Source: the human T2T-CHM13v2.0 reference genome, Homo sapiens. Taken from it: 64,000 nucleotides of DNA. The position numbers were made by a program, and so were the translations under genes. The DNA lies in NCBI RefSeq assembly GCF_009914755.1, contig NC_060946.1; one strand, 5' to 3'. Shown here in pieces: positions 1 to 11,655 of the stretch. Numbering within the stretch: the first letter of the stretch is position 1; each line of letters starts with the position of its first letter. The notes beneath the pieces were generated by a model, which saw only the letters and a list, made by a program, of their open reading frames with translations, made no database searches and had not been told where the DNA came from.

Positions 1-59
1 TAACACTAGAGAAACTCCTACAGAGTCTAAAAATTCCTTGGGTCTATAGTAGAACTTTT

Positions 60-3000
60 TTAAAAAAATTTTATTATACACCAAGTTCTGGGATACATGT
101 GCAGAACCTGCAGGTTTGTTACATAAGTATACACATGCCATGGTGGTTTGCTGCACCCATCAACCCGTCATCTACATTAGGTATTTCTCCTAATGCTATC
201 CGTCCCCTAGCACCCCACCCCGCAACAGGCCCTGGTGTGTGATGTTTCCCTCCCTGTGTCCATGTGTTCTCATTGTTCAACTCCCACTTATGAATGAGAA
301 CATGCAGTGTTTGGTCTTCTGTTATTATGTTACTTTGCTGAGAATGATGGTTTTCAGCTTTATCCATGTCCCTGCAAAGGATATGAACTCATCTTTTTTT
401 TATGGCTGCATACGATTCCATGGGGTATATGTGCCACATTTTCTTTATCCAGTCTATCATTGATGGGCATTTGAGTTGGTTCCAAGTCTTTGCTATTGTG
501 AACAGTGCTGCAATAAACATACATGTGCATGTGTCTTTATAGTAGAATAATTTATAATTCTTTGGGTATATACCCAGTAATGGGATTGCTGGGTCAAATG
601 GTATTTCTGGTTCTAGATCCTTGAGGAATCGCCACACTGCCTTCCACAATGGTTGAACTAATTTATACTCCCCACCAGCAGGATAAGTGTTCCTATTTCT
701 CCACATCCTCTCCAGCGTCTGTTGTTTCCTGACTTTTTAATGATCGCCGTTCTAACTGATGTGAGATGTTATCTCATTGTGGTTTGATTTGCATTTCTCT
801 AATGACCAGTGATGATGAGCTTTTCTTCATACGTTTGTTGGCTGCATAAATTCTTTTGAGAAGCATCTGTTCATATACTTCGTCCACTTTTCGATGGGGT
901 TGTTTGTTTTTTTCTTATAAATTTGTTTAAGTTCTTTGTGTATTCTGGATATTAGCCCTTTGTCACATGGATAGATTGCAAAAATTTTCTCCCATTCTGT
1001 AGGTTGCCTGTTCACTCTGATGATAGTTTATTTTGCTGTGCAGAAGCTATTTAGTTTAATTAGATCCCATTTGTTAATTTTGGCTTTCGTTGCCATTGCT
1101 TTTGGTGTTTTAGTCATGAAGTCTTTGCCCATGCCTACGTCCTGAATAGTATTGCCTAGGTTTTCTTCTAGTGTTTTTATGGTTTTAGGTCTTACATTGA
1201 AGTCGTTAATCCACCTTGAGTTAATTTTTGTATAAGGTGTAAGGAAGGGGTCCAGTTTCAGTTTTCTGCATATGGCTAGCCAGTTTTCCCAACACCATTT
1301 ATTAAATAGGGAACCTTTTCCCCATTGCTTGCTTTTGTGAGGTTTGTCAAAGATCAGATGGTTGTAGATGTGTGGTGTTATTTCTGAGGCCTCTGTTCTG
1401 TTTCATTGGTCTCTGTATCTGTTTTGGTACCAGTACAATGCTGTTTTGGTTACTGTAGCCTTGTAGTATAGTTTGAAGTCAGGTAGTGAGATGCCTCCAG
1501 CATTGTTCTTTTTGCTTAGGATTTTCTTGGCTATGTGGGCTCTTTTTTGGTTCCATATGAAATTTAAAGTGGATTTTTCTAATTCTGTGAAGAAAGTTGA
1601 TGGTAGCTTGATGGGTATAGCATTGAATATATAAATTACTTTGGGCAGTATGGCCATTTTCATGATTTTGATTCTTCATTTTCATGAGCATGGGATGTTT
1701 TTCCATTTGTTTGTGTCCTCTCTTATTTCCTTGAGCAGTTGTTTGTAGTTCTCCTTGAAGAGGTCCTTCACATTGCTTGTAAGTTGGATTTTTAGGTATT
1801 TTATTCTCTTTGAAGCAATTGTGAATGGGAGTTCACTCACGATTTGGCTCTCTGCTTGTCTATTGTTGCTGTATAGGAATGCTTGTGATATTTGCACATT
1901 GATTTTGTATCGTGAGACTTTGCTGAAGTTGCTTATCAGCTTAAGGAGATTTTTGGCTGAAAGGATGGGGTTTTCTCAATATACAATCATGTCATCTGTA
2001 AACAGAGATAATTTGACTTCCTCTCTTCCTATTAGAATACCTTTATTTCTTTCTCTTGCTTGATTGCCCTGGCCAGAACTTCCAATACTATGTTGAATAG
2101 GCATGGCAAGAGAGGACATCCTTGTCTTGTGCTGGTTTTTGAAGGGAATGCTTCCAGTTTTTGCTCATTCAGTATGATATTGCTTGTGGGTTTCTCATGA
2201 ATAGCTCTTATTATTTTGAGATACATTCCATCAATACCTAGTTTATTGAGTTTTTAACATGAAAGGGCATTGAATTTTATCCAGGGCCTTTTCTCTCTTG
2301 AGGTAATCGTGTGGTTTTTATCATTGGTTCTGTTTATATGATGGATTACGTTTATTGATTTGTGTATGCTGAACCAGCCTTGCATCCCAGAGGTGAAGCT
2401 GACTTGATCGTGGTGGATAAGCTTTTTGATGTGCTGCTGGATTCAGTTTGTCAGTATTTTATTGAGGATTTTTGCGTCACTGTTCATCAGGGATATTGGC
2501 CTGAAATGTTCTTTTTATGTTTTATCTCTTCCACGTTTGGGTATCAGGATGATGCTGGCTTCATAAAATGAGTTAGGGGGAGGAGTCCCTCTTTTTCTAT
2601 TGTTTGGAATAGTTTCAGGAAAATTGGTACTAGCTCCTCTTTGTACTTCTGGTAGAATTCGGCTGTGAATCTGTCTGGTCCTGGACTTTTTTTGGTTGGT
2701 AGGCTATTAGTTACTGCCTCAATTTCAGAACTTGTTATTGGTCTATTCAGGGATTTGACTTCTTCCTGGTTTAGACTTGGGAGAGTGTATGTGTTCAGGT
2801 ATTTATCCATTTCTTCTAGATTTTCTAGTTTATTTGTGTAGATGTGTTTATAGTATTCTCCGATGGTAGTTTGTATTTCTGTGGTATTAGTGGTGATATC
2901 CCCTTCATCATTTTTTGTTGTGTCTATTTGATTCTTCTCTCTTTTCTTCTTTATTAGCCTAGCTAGTGGTCTATTTTGTTGATCTTTTCAAAAAACCAGA

Positions 3001-4971
3001 TCCTGGACTCATTGATTTTTTTTTGAACGGTTTTGTGTGTCTCTATCTCCTTCAGTTCTGCTCTGATCTTAGTTATTTCTTGCCTTCTGCTAACTTTTGA
3101 ATTTGTTTGCTCTTGCTTCTCTAGTTCTTTACATTGTGATGTTAGGGTGTCGATTTTAGATTTTTCCTGCTTTCTCTTGTGGGCATTTTAGTGCTATGAA
3201 TTTCCCTCTAAACACTGCTTTGGCTGTGTCCCAGAGATTCTGGTACATTGTGTCTTTGTTCTCATTGGTTTCAAATAACTTACTTATTTTTGCCTTAATT
3301 TCATTATTTACTCAGTAGTCATTCAGGAGCAGGTTGTTCAGTTTCCATGTGGTTGTCCAGATTTGAGTGAGTATGTTAATCTTGAGTTCTAATTTGATTG
3401 CACTGTGGTCTGAGAGACTGTTTGTTATGATTTCCATTCTTTTGCATTTGCTGAGGAGTGTTTTACTTCCAATTTTGTGGTCAATTTTAGAATAAGTGCA
3501 ATGTGGTGCTGAGAAGAACGTATATTCTGTTGATATGGGGTGGAGAGTTCTGTAGATATCTATTAGGTCTGCTTGGTCCAGAGCTGAGTTCAAGTCCTGA
3601 ATATCCTTGTTAATTTTCTGTCTTGTTGATCTGTCTAATACTGACAATGGGATGTTAAAGTCTCCCACTATTACTGTGTGGGAGTCTAAGTCTCTTTGTA
3701 GGTCTCTAAGAACTTGTTTTATGAATCTGGGTGCTCCTGTATTGGGTGCATATATATTCAGAATAGTTAGCTCTTCTTGTTGAATTGTTCCCTTTACCAT
3801 TATGTAATGTCCTTCTTTATCTTTTTAGTATTACCAGTGGAGGCTGCAGAACAGTAAAGATTGCTGTCTGTTCCTTCCTCTTGGAAGTTTTGTCCCAGAG
3901 GGGCACCCACCAGATACCAGCTGGAGCTCTCCTGTATGAAGTGTCTGAAGGCCCTGCTGGGAAGTGTCTCCCAGTCAAGAGACACAGAGGTCAGGAACCC
4001 ACTTGAGGCAGTCTGACCCTCAGCAGAGCTCAAACCCTGTGCTGGGGGATCCGCTGCTTTTTTCAGAGCCAGCAGGCAGGGACATTTAAATCTGCTGAAG
4101 CTGCACCCACAGCTGCCCCTTTCCCCAGGTACTCTGTCCCAGGGAGATGGGAGTTTTATCTAAAAGCCCCTGATTGGAGCTTTTTTTTTCAGAGATGCCC
4201 TGTCCAGAGTGGAGGAATCTAAAGAGGCAGTCTGACTACAGAGTCTTTGCTGAGCTGTAGAGGGCTCCACCTAGTTGAAACTTCCCCGTGCTGCTTTGTT
4301 TACATTGTGAGGGGAAAACCTCCTACTTAAGCCTCAGTAATAGTGGATGCCCCTCCCCCCACCAAGCTCAAGGGTCCCAGGTCGACTTCAGACTGCTATG
4401 CTGGCAGCGAGTGTTTCAAGCCATTGGATCTTAGCTTGCTGGGCTCCATGGGGGTGGGATCCACTGAGGTAGACCACTTGCCTCCCTGGCTTCAGGCCCC
4501 TTTCCAGGGGAGTAAACGGTTCTGTCTCGCTCGCATTCCAGGAGCCACTAGGGTATGAAAATAAACTCCTGCAGCTAGCTCAGTGTCTGCCCAAATGGCC
4601 GCCCAGTTTTATGCTTGAAACCCAGGGCCCTGGTGGCATAGGCACTGGAGGGAATCTCCTGGTTTGTGGGCTGCGAAGACCATGGGAAAAGCATAGTATC
4701 TGGGCCGGAGTGCACCATTCCTCACAGCACAGTTCCTCCCAGCTTTCCTTGGCTAGGGGAGGGAGTTCTGCGATCCCTTATGCTTCCTGGGTGAGGTGAT
4801 GACCCACCCTGCTTCGGCTTCCCTCCATGGGCTGCACCCCTGTCTAACCAGTCCCAGTGAGATAAGCTGGGTACCTTAGTTGGAAATGCAGAAATCACCT
4901 GCCTTCTGTGTTGATCTCGCTGGGAGCTGCAGACCGGAGCTGTTCCTATTCAGCCATCTCGCCAGCCTCCA
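60..4971 (-). mobile_element. L1PA7/L1PA8-like LINE-1 with both ends present but an internal deletion of ORF1 and the ORF2 N-terminus; ORF2 is decayed
   Basis: The L1 3' UTR lies at the left end and the 5' UTR start (minus strand GGCTGGCGAGATGGCTGAATAGGAACAGCTCC) at ~4970. ORF2 remnants include endonuclease (3312-3800, MVKGTIQQEELTILNIYAPNTGAPRF) and RT (2032-2226, TSTRQGCPL). A 17-bp TSD TCTATAGTAGAACTTTT lies at 43-59 and 4972-4988. Confidence 0.95.
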
Positions 4972-5014
4972 TCTATAGTAGAACTTTTAAAGCTGTAATT
5001 TAATTGCTAAGATA

Positions 5015-5266
5015 TAATAACAAGAACTAACATTCCTAGCTTTTCCCATGAGCTGGGTGCTGTTCCAAGTACATGTATGCAGTATATGAACTCATTTAAT
5101 TCAACAGCACTTTAAGGTAGGCAGTTATATTATCCCCCATTTTACATGAGGAAAGTGAGTCATGAAAGGGTTAAACTCACATTTTAGGTCCTATAACTTG
5201 TCCATGGATAAGCCAGGATTTACATCTAATCAGTCTGGCTCCATACCCTTAACTGCTAAGCTATAT
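5015..5266 (-). mobile_element. MIR SINE
   Basis: MIR core in reverse (ATTATCCCCCATTTTACATGAGGAAAGTGAG) with flanking similarity. Confidence 0.8.
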
Positions 5267-5569
5267 TATAATTAGGTTAAAAAAATAAAGATTTTGTTAC
5301 TGTTTGCACATTATCCATATGGGGGCCTAGAAGATTTCCTTCATTCGTGGAAGATTGGGGGTACTCTGGCCAATGATGATGGTAGACCACTGGGTAATGA
5401 ACTAAGCAGGAGAGCTGGATGATCCTAATGGCGAATGCCATCAAAATATGCTTGTTCTGATATCAGATTCAGCAAGCAATACCCTGGAAGACTATGGTTT
5501 CATGTGTAGCCTCCCTACAGGAGAAAAATGGTGCATGCTGCCCCTCTCTATCACTACCCCCTGCCTACA

Positions 5570-6055
5570 GGCTGAGTCCAAGCTTCCCACATTCATAGCC
5601 TTCGCTGATATGGTATGTAACTTTCCACTTTGGCTTCCATCACTTGCATCCTACTCTCAGGTCATACTAAACTTGTTTCCACAATGAGTTGCTCCTGGAG
5701 TGGGCAGGCCATTTTGTGCTTCCATAGCTTTGTGAGTGCTGTTCTTTCTATTTGAAGTGTGTTTTCTCACCATCTCCATCTGACAAACTCCTACCTACCC
5801 TTCAAGACCCAGCTGAAGTAGCTGCTCACTCTCAAATGTCCCCTGATTCCTTCAAGCAGGGTTAGCCTCTCTTTGGTGTCACTGAGGTCCCTAATCTTGG
5901 AGTTTTGCACTAATTTCTTGCTTTGTATGCAATTTGTTTGCATGCTTGTCTCTGCTAACAGACTGTTAGCTCCTAAGGGAAAGAGACAATTATTTATATT
6001 TCATATTCATACACTATCTAGCACATAATGAAATGAAGCATTGAATGAATGATTG
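5570..6055 (+). mobile_element. L2 3' end relic
   Basis: CAAACTCCTACCTACCCTTCAAGACCCAGCT ... ending TTGAATGAATGA, the typical L2 tail. Confidence 0.7.
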
Positions 6056-6435
6056 AAAGAACAAACCTAATATATTGAATATTATCACTAATTAGAAGAT
6101 TTGTTGAAAATAAATTGGTGCCTATATTATATATCAGTCTCTTGTCAAGTTGGGCAGTGTGAATCCACCCTAGAAATTTTATCACCTGTAGGTATTGAGA
6201 AAAATGTGAAGATCCAAATCTGTAAAACTGAGACTAAACTCTAGAAAAGAGTGATTCTGATAGTCTGCTCTGAGCAGTTAGCCAGACTCCTAGCCTGACA
6301 TTTCTTCTCTTTGAACACAAAGACAGTCTTCCCAGAGGGGTGACAGTAGACTGACTGCCATGTGTAATAGTCCTAAATTGTAGTTTTTAGATGTTTTTAT
6401 AGAAGAATATTATTGCTAGTAAATAGATTTAGAAT

Positions 6436-6705
6436 CAACAAGCATTTATTGAGCACCTGAGCTATGTGCTGAGTGCTTCTCATATACATTCTCCAACTGA
6501 TATTTACCTGATGTGATTTGATTTCATCTGACCTGATTTTCATACCACCCTGTGAAATATGGCCAACTATTTTCATTTTTGAAATGGAAAATCTGGGACT
6601 CAGAATAATTAAGAGACTTACTCAAGGTGATACAAGAAGTAAGCAAAAGACCTGGTGTTTGAGTCTAGACATTCTGACTCCCAGCCCAGTGTTTTTTCTA
6701 CCATC
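6436..6705 (-). mobile_element. MIR SINE
   Basis: CATTTATTGAGCACC ... CAAGGTGATACA ... CTGACTCCCAGCCCAGTG. Confidence 0.7.
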
Positions 6706-6899
6706 ACCGAGCAAAGTGTTCTTAACAAAAAAGTGAATTTTACTAATTTGCTTGGTTAAGACAAGGCCCTGTGTCTCCTACATCAGGGCGTTTTGTATAT
6801 TAAAATCAAGAATGAGTCATAGCCTTTGGGCAGGGTCTACCAGATAAGACTAAATCTAAGAATCTGTTATAGAAGACATCCATGTGCTCTGGCCCAGTC

Positions 6900-7035
6900 A
6901 CTCCAATCCTCCTCTCTTCAATCTTTCTCTCCTGTTCTTCCCGTATGGTTCCCAGAAGGAGCTGCCCACATTAGCAGCCTCTGCTTCCTCAACTTCCATC
7001 CACTCCTCAGTGTCTTGAAATCTGGATTTTATTCC
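6900..7035 (+). mobile_element. L2 fragment (left part of the L2 that resumes at ~8186)
   Basis: CTCTGCTTCCTCAACTTCCATCCACTCCTCAG...AATCTGGATT resembles the L2 sequence that directly precedes the 8186 segment. Confidence 0.55.
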
Positions 7036-7039
7036 TGTT

Positions 7040-7752
7040 AGTCAGAATGGCAGTTATTAAAAAGGCAAGAAACAACAGATGCTGGTGAGGTTGTGGAAGA
7101 ATAGGAACACTTTTACACTATTGATGGGAATGTAAATTAGTTCAACCATTGTGGAAGACAGTGTGGCGATTTCTCAAAGATTTAGAACTGGAAATATTGT
7201 TTGACCCAGTAATCCCATTACTGGGTATATACCCAAAGGAATGTAAATCATTCTATTATAAAGATACATGCACACTTATGTTCACTGCAGCACTGTTCAC
7301 AATAGCAAAGATGTGGGATCAATCCAAATGCCCATCAATGATAGACTGGGTAAAGAAAACGTGGTACATATACACTGTGGAATACTATGCAGCCATAAAA
7401 AGGAATGAGATCATGTCCCTTGCAGGAACATGGATGACGCTGGAAGCCATTATCTTCAGCAAACTAATGCAGGAACAGAAAACCAAACACCACGTGTTCT
7501 CACTTATAAGTGGGAGCTGAACATTGAGAACACATGGATACAGAGAGGGGAACAACACACACTGGAACCTATTGGGGGAGGGTGGGGTTGGGTGGGGAGA
7601 GCATTAGGGAAAAGAGCTAATGCATGCCAAGTTTAATACCTAGGTGATGGTTTAATAGGTGCAGCAAACCACCATGGCACACGTTTACCTATGTAACAAA
7701 CCTGCACATTCTGCACACGTACCCTGGAACTTAAAAAATTTAAGAAATAAAA
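7040..7752 (+). mobile_element. 5'-truncated L1PA (about L1PA10 age): ORF2 C-terminus plus 3' UTR
   Basis: ORF 7149-7520 ([29 protein letters not shown]) is the ORF2 C-terminus, followed by an L1 3' UTR and an A-rich tail at ~7733-7752. Confidence 0.92.
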
Positions 7753-8185
7753 TACAAGTATTTTTCTCTCTCATTTTTGTTTCACAAAGGGAGAAAGTAA
7801 CTCTTTCTTACCTCGCTGGGATAAAGCTTAACTAGGAAGGAAACTTCACTCTTCTTTCCTCTTCTTTCTGGATGGATAGACTTGTCTAGTTGATGGGATT
7901 GGAAAAAGGCTGAAGTCTACTTGCTGAATTCTTTTCCCCTAGTCTTTCAGGCTTATCTGTTCATCCATGCTTTACATTTATTTGGGCATATTCTCTGCAA
8001 ACCAAGAGGACTACATTTGGGGAAGAGGCGGGTGAAGTTTCGAGGGGGAGGGAAAATTAACAAGCTTATTTGACCACACATCTAAGCTGCGTTTTGCTTT
8101 CCATCTGATTTTTGTGTCTGAATTTCTCAGTTGGTTCTGACCACAGACTGGAAAGAGGGCTCCTATTAACTGACTGCCTCAAACT

Positions 8186-9445
8186 GACCACATTCAATTG
8201 TAGTCACTCTTCTCAAGGTCATCTGTGACTTCCCAACTGCCACTTCCCAATGGCTCTTTTCAGTCTTCACCTTGCCTGATATCTCAGCAGCGTTTGACAG
8301 TCATGACCATCTCCTTCCATGTTGAAATTTCTCTCTTCTGTGTCTTTCCTTTCCTGGCCCATTCTCTCCTTGGCATCTTGTATCTGCTCTGCCTCCTCCT
8401 CCTTTCTTTAAATCTTAGATTCTTGGCATGCACACCTAACTCCTTCTATCAGTCTGTAAGTTTTTCTTAAGCCATCACACATGCTTCTGTGGCGTTAACT
8501 ACCACCTCTAGTCTGATCATGACCACCTTTATGTCTCCCCGATATAGAGACATGTCTATGCATCTACTTACTAGACATCTCCATTTTGATGTTCCATGAA
8601 CACCACAATTTCAAAAATGTCCTAAGCGAAACTTACCATCTTCCCCATTAAACCTACTCTCCTATGATGACTGACTCATTTCATACCATCACCAGTCCCT
8701 GGAGTCAGAAGCCTGGGAGTTATTCTTGATTCTGTCCTCTCCCTCAGCAATACATTCAATCAGTTACCCATCTGGCCAATTTTATCTTACAAATATATTT
8801 TAATTAATTCCCTTCTCTCATCCCTACTAGCAGTCTGCCTTAATTCAACATGTTATTATCTCTCACCTGAATTATTGCTCTGGATTTCTATTTTCTATAC
8901 CCAGGTTCACCTCAAATAGATCATCCATGCAGGCACCATAGATCTTTCTGATATAAAAAAATAAGGCCATGACACTCCTGTTAGGGTTCTTCCGTGGTTC
9001 CCTAAAAACTACAGGATCAGGTACATGCTTTTTAGCACATGCCACATACCTTCAGGATATTATCCCCTCAATGACTTCATTTCTGCCTCATACTTTATAC
9101 TCTAGTAAAACAAATTTTTTCATTATCTCTCCATGTATTACGCTGCTTGTCTTATTTCTTTACCACAAAATGGCCTTCCCACATTCTTTTGCCTGGATAA
9201 TGCCCACTTTGCCTAGTGATCACCTCCTTCACAAAGAATTCCTGGAATGCCTCCTTGGGCTGGGTTTGATTCCACTCTTCTGGTCCTCCAGCTCATCTGG
9301 ACTCGCCCCATCATTCCATTCCTCATGCTGCACTCACTTTCCTGCTTGGCTTCTTGGAATGACAAGGACAATGAGTTACTCGTTTTCACACCCTCAAATC
9401 CTAGCACAGGGCCTGGCACAGAGTAGGGAATCTGCAAAGTTTAAC
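8186..9445 (+). mobile_element. L2 LINE relic
   Basis: CTCTTCTCAAGGTCA...TCTCAGCAGCGTTTGACA ... CTAGACATCTCCATTTTGATG ... CCTAGCACAGGGCCTGGCACAGAGTAGG. Confidence 0.8.
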
Positions 9446-9457
9446 ATAATAGCATTG

Positions 9458-9769
9458 AGCCGGGTGTGGTGGCTTATGCCTGTAATCCCAGTACTTTGGG
9501 AGGCTGAGTTGGGTGGATCACTTCAGATCAGGAGTTCAAGACCAGCCTGGCCAACATGGTGAAACCCCCTCTCTACTAAAAATACAAAAATTAGCTGGGC
9601 GTGGTGGTGGCCACGTGTAATCTCAGCTACTCAGGAGGTTGAGGCAGGAGAATCGCTTGAACCCAGGAGGCGGAGGTTGTAGTGAGCTGAGAGATTGTGC
9701 CACTGCACTCCAGCCTGGGTGACAGTGAGACTCCATCTCAAATAACAGAACAAATAAATAAGCAACAAC
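9458..9769 (+). mobile_element. AluS
   Basis: Dimeric Alu; 9-bp TSD ATAGCATTG at 9449-9457 and 9846-9854. Confidence 0.95.
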
Positions 9770-10053
9770 AGTGCACTTGCGCCCTCTTGCGCTCTCTCGC
9801 GCTCTCTCACGCTCTCACGGGCTCTCTCTCTCTCTATATATATGTATAGCATTGGGCGATGATGTGTGATGTTTAGAGAATGAGAATAAAGTATCGCAAC
9901 AGAATCAATGAATTAATTAAGATACAGACAAAAGCAGGGATGCTGTTTCCCTAGCCTTGGAGCATGGATCAACAGATAAGACTAAATCCAAGAGGCTTGT
10001 ATAAAAAATATGCACATATGTTGGCCAAATCAATCTAACCCATTTTCTCCAAT

Positions 10054-11078
10054 CTCAATCTCTCTCTCTCTCTCTCCCCTTCCCTCTCTCTCTCTCTCCC
10101 CTTCCCTGTCTCTCCCTCCCCTTCCCTCTCTCTCCCTCCCCTTCCCTCTCTCTCCCTCCCCTTCCCTCTCTCTCCCTCCCCTTGCCTCTCTCTCCATCCC
10201 CTTCCCTCTCTCTCCGTCCCCTTCCCTTCCCTCTCTCTCCCCTTCCCTCTCTCTCTCTCCCCTTCCCTCTCTCTCTCCCCCTCCCTCTCTCTCTCCCCCT
10301 CCCTCTCTCTCTCCCCCTCCCTCTCTCTCTCCCCCTCCCTCTCTCTCTCCCCCCCCTCTCCTCCTCCCTCTCTCCCCCCCTCCCTCTCTCTCTCCCCTCC
10401 CTCTCTCTCCCCCTCCCTCTCTCTCTCTCCCCCCTCCCTCTCTCTCTCTCCCCCTCCCTCTCTCTCTCTCCCCCTCCCTCTCTCTCTCCCCCTCCCTCTC
10501 TCTCTCCCCCTCCCTCTCTCTCTCTCCCCCTCCCTCTCTCTCTCTCCCCCTCCCTCTCTCTCCCCCCCTCCCCCTCCCTCTCTCTCTCCCCCCCCCTCCC
10601 CTTCCCTCTCTCTCTCCCCCTCCCTCTCTCTCCCCCCCCTCCCTCTCTCTCTCCCCCTCCCTCTCTCTCTCCCCCCTCCCTCTCTCTCTCCCCCCTCTCT
10701 CTCTCCCCCCTCTCTCTCTCTCTCCCCCTCCCTCTCTCTCTCCCCCTCCCTCTCTCTCTCCCCCTCCCTCTCTCTCTCCCCCTCCCTCTCTCTCCCCCTC
10801 CCTCTCTCTCCCCTCCCTCTCTCTCCCCTCCCTCTCTCTCCCCTCCCTCTCTCTCCCCTCCCTCTCTCTCCCCTGCCTCTCTCTCCCCTGCCTCTCTCTC
10901 CCCCTCCTTCTCCCGCTCTCTCCCGCTCTCTCTCTCCCGCTCTCTCTCTCCCTCTCTCTCTCTCCCTCTCTCTCTCCCTCCCTCCCTCTCTGCCTCCCTC
11001 CCTCCCTCCCTCTCTCCCTCTCTCCCTCCTTCTCTCCCTCCCTCTCTCTCTCCCTCTCTCTCTCCCTCTCTCTCTCCC

Positions 11079-11142
<64 letters not shown>

Positions 11143-11146
11143 TCCC
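10054..11146. repeat. ~1.1-kb CT-rich polypyrimidine/polypurine compound tandem repeat ending in pure (CT)n
   Basis: Almost only C and T on the + strand, with roughly ten purines; units such as CCCCTTCCCTCTCTCTCT, CCCCTCCCTCTCTCTCT and CCCTGCCTCTCTCTC. Confidence 0.98.
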
Positions 11147-11655
11147 AGCTGCCCTTAAGGCATGTCTGGGTGAACTAGGATTATCCAGCATTAACCCTTG
11201 GGTAATGAGATACTAACAATAAGATCTCGCCTTCCGGATAACCTTTGTTTGCTGAAGTTCTTTTGTATTTAAATTCTTCCCTGGGGTAGTGAAGTGGAGA
11301 TGTGGGACCAGGGTGAGGCAGAACAAGGGAGAGAAGCTGGTATGACTGGATAGGATGAGCCCAGTGAGCTTCAGCTTTCCTCCATCTCAAGTGTCCACCA
11401 AGAGCTTTTAGCATCAGTGACTGCCCAGGCTACCTCTGCTCCTGTGACTGGTCATTCCAGAGAGTTCTATCTTCCTGACCTTTCTATTTCAGGACTTGAA
11501 GCTGCCCTGCAGGCTCTCAGGGGAAACCTCAGCCCCCTAGTCTTTGGCACCTTGCCCATTTCTGCTTGCCCTGTAACCTGGCTTCATAACCCTTATTGTT
11601 TTCTCTTATGTTTGCATATAACTCCTTAGGTTTCAAAGCACTTCCGTGTGTTGCC

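Noticed and set aside
119-3800. L1 ORF2 fragments as functional CDS (also 7149-7520 and 12390-12908)
   Set aside because: Broken by stops and frameshifts or 5'-truncated; ORF1 is absent; not retrotransposition-competent
8969-9562. 197-aa ORF
   Set aside because: Runs through an L2 relic into an Alu frame ([14 protein letters not shown])
10054-11146. SVA (CCCTCT)n hexamer head
   Set aside because: No Alu-like, GC-rich VNTR or SINE-R region follows, and the units are not regular hexamers
10010-11216. Three long ORFs (344-382 aa; Ser/Leu/Pro-rich or Arg/Glu/Gly-rich)
   Set aside because: A C/T-only tract cannot contain stop codons on either strand, so these ORFs are artefacts of the repeat
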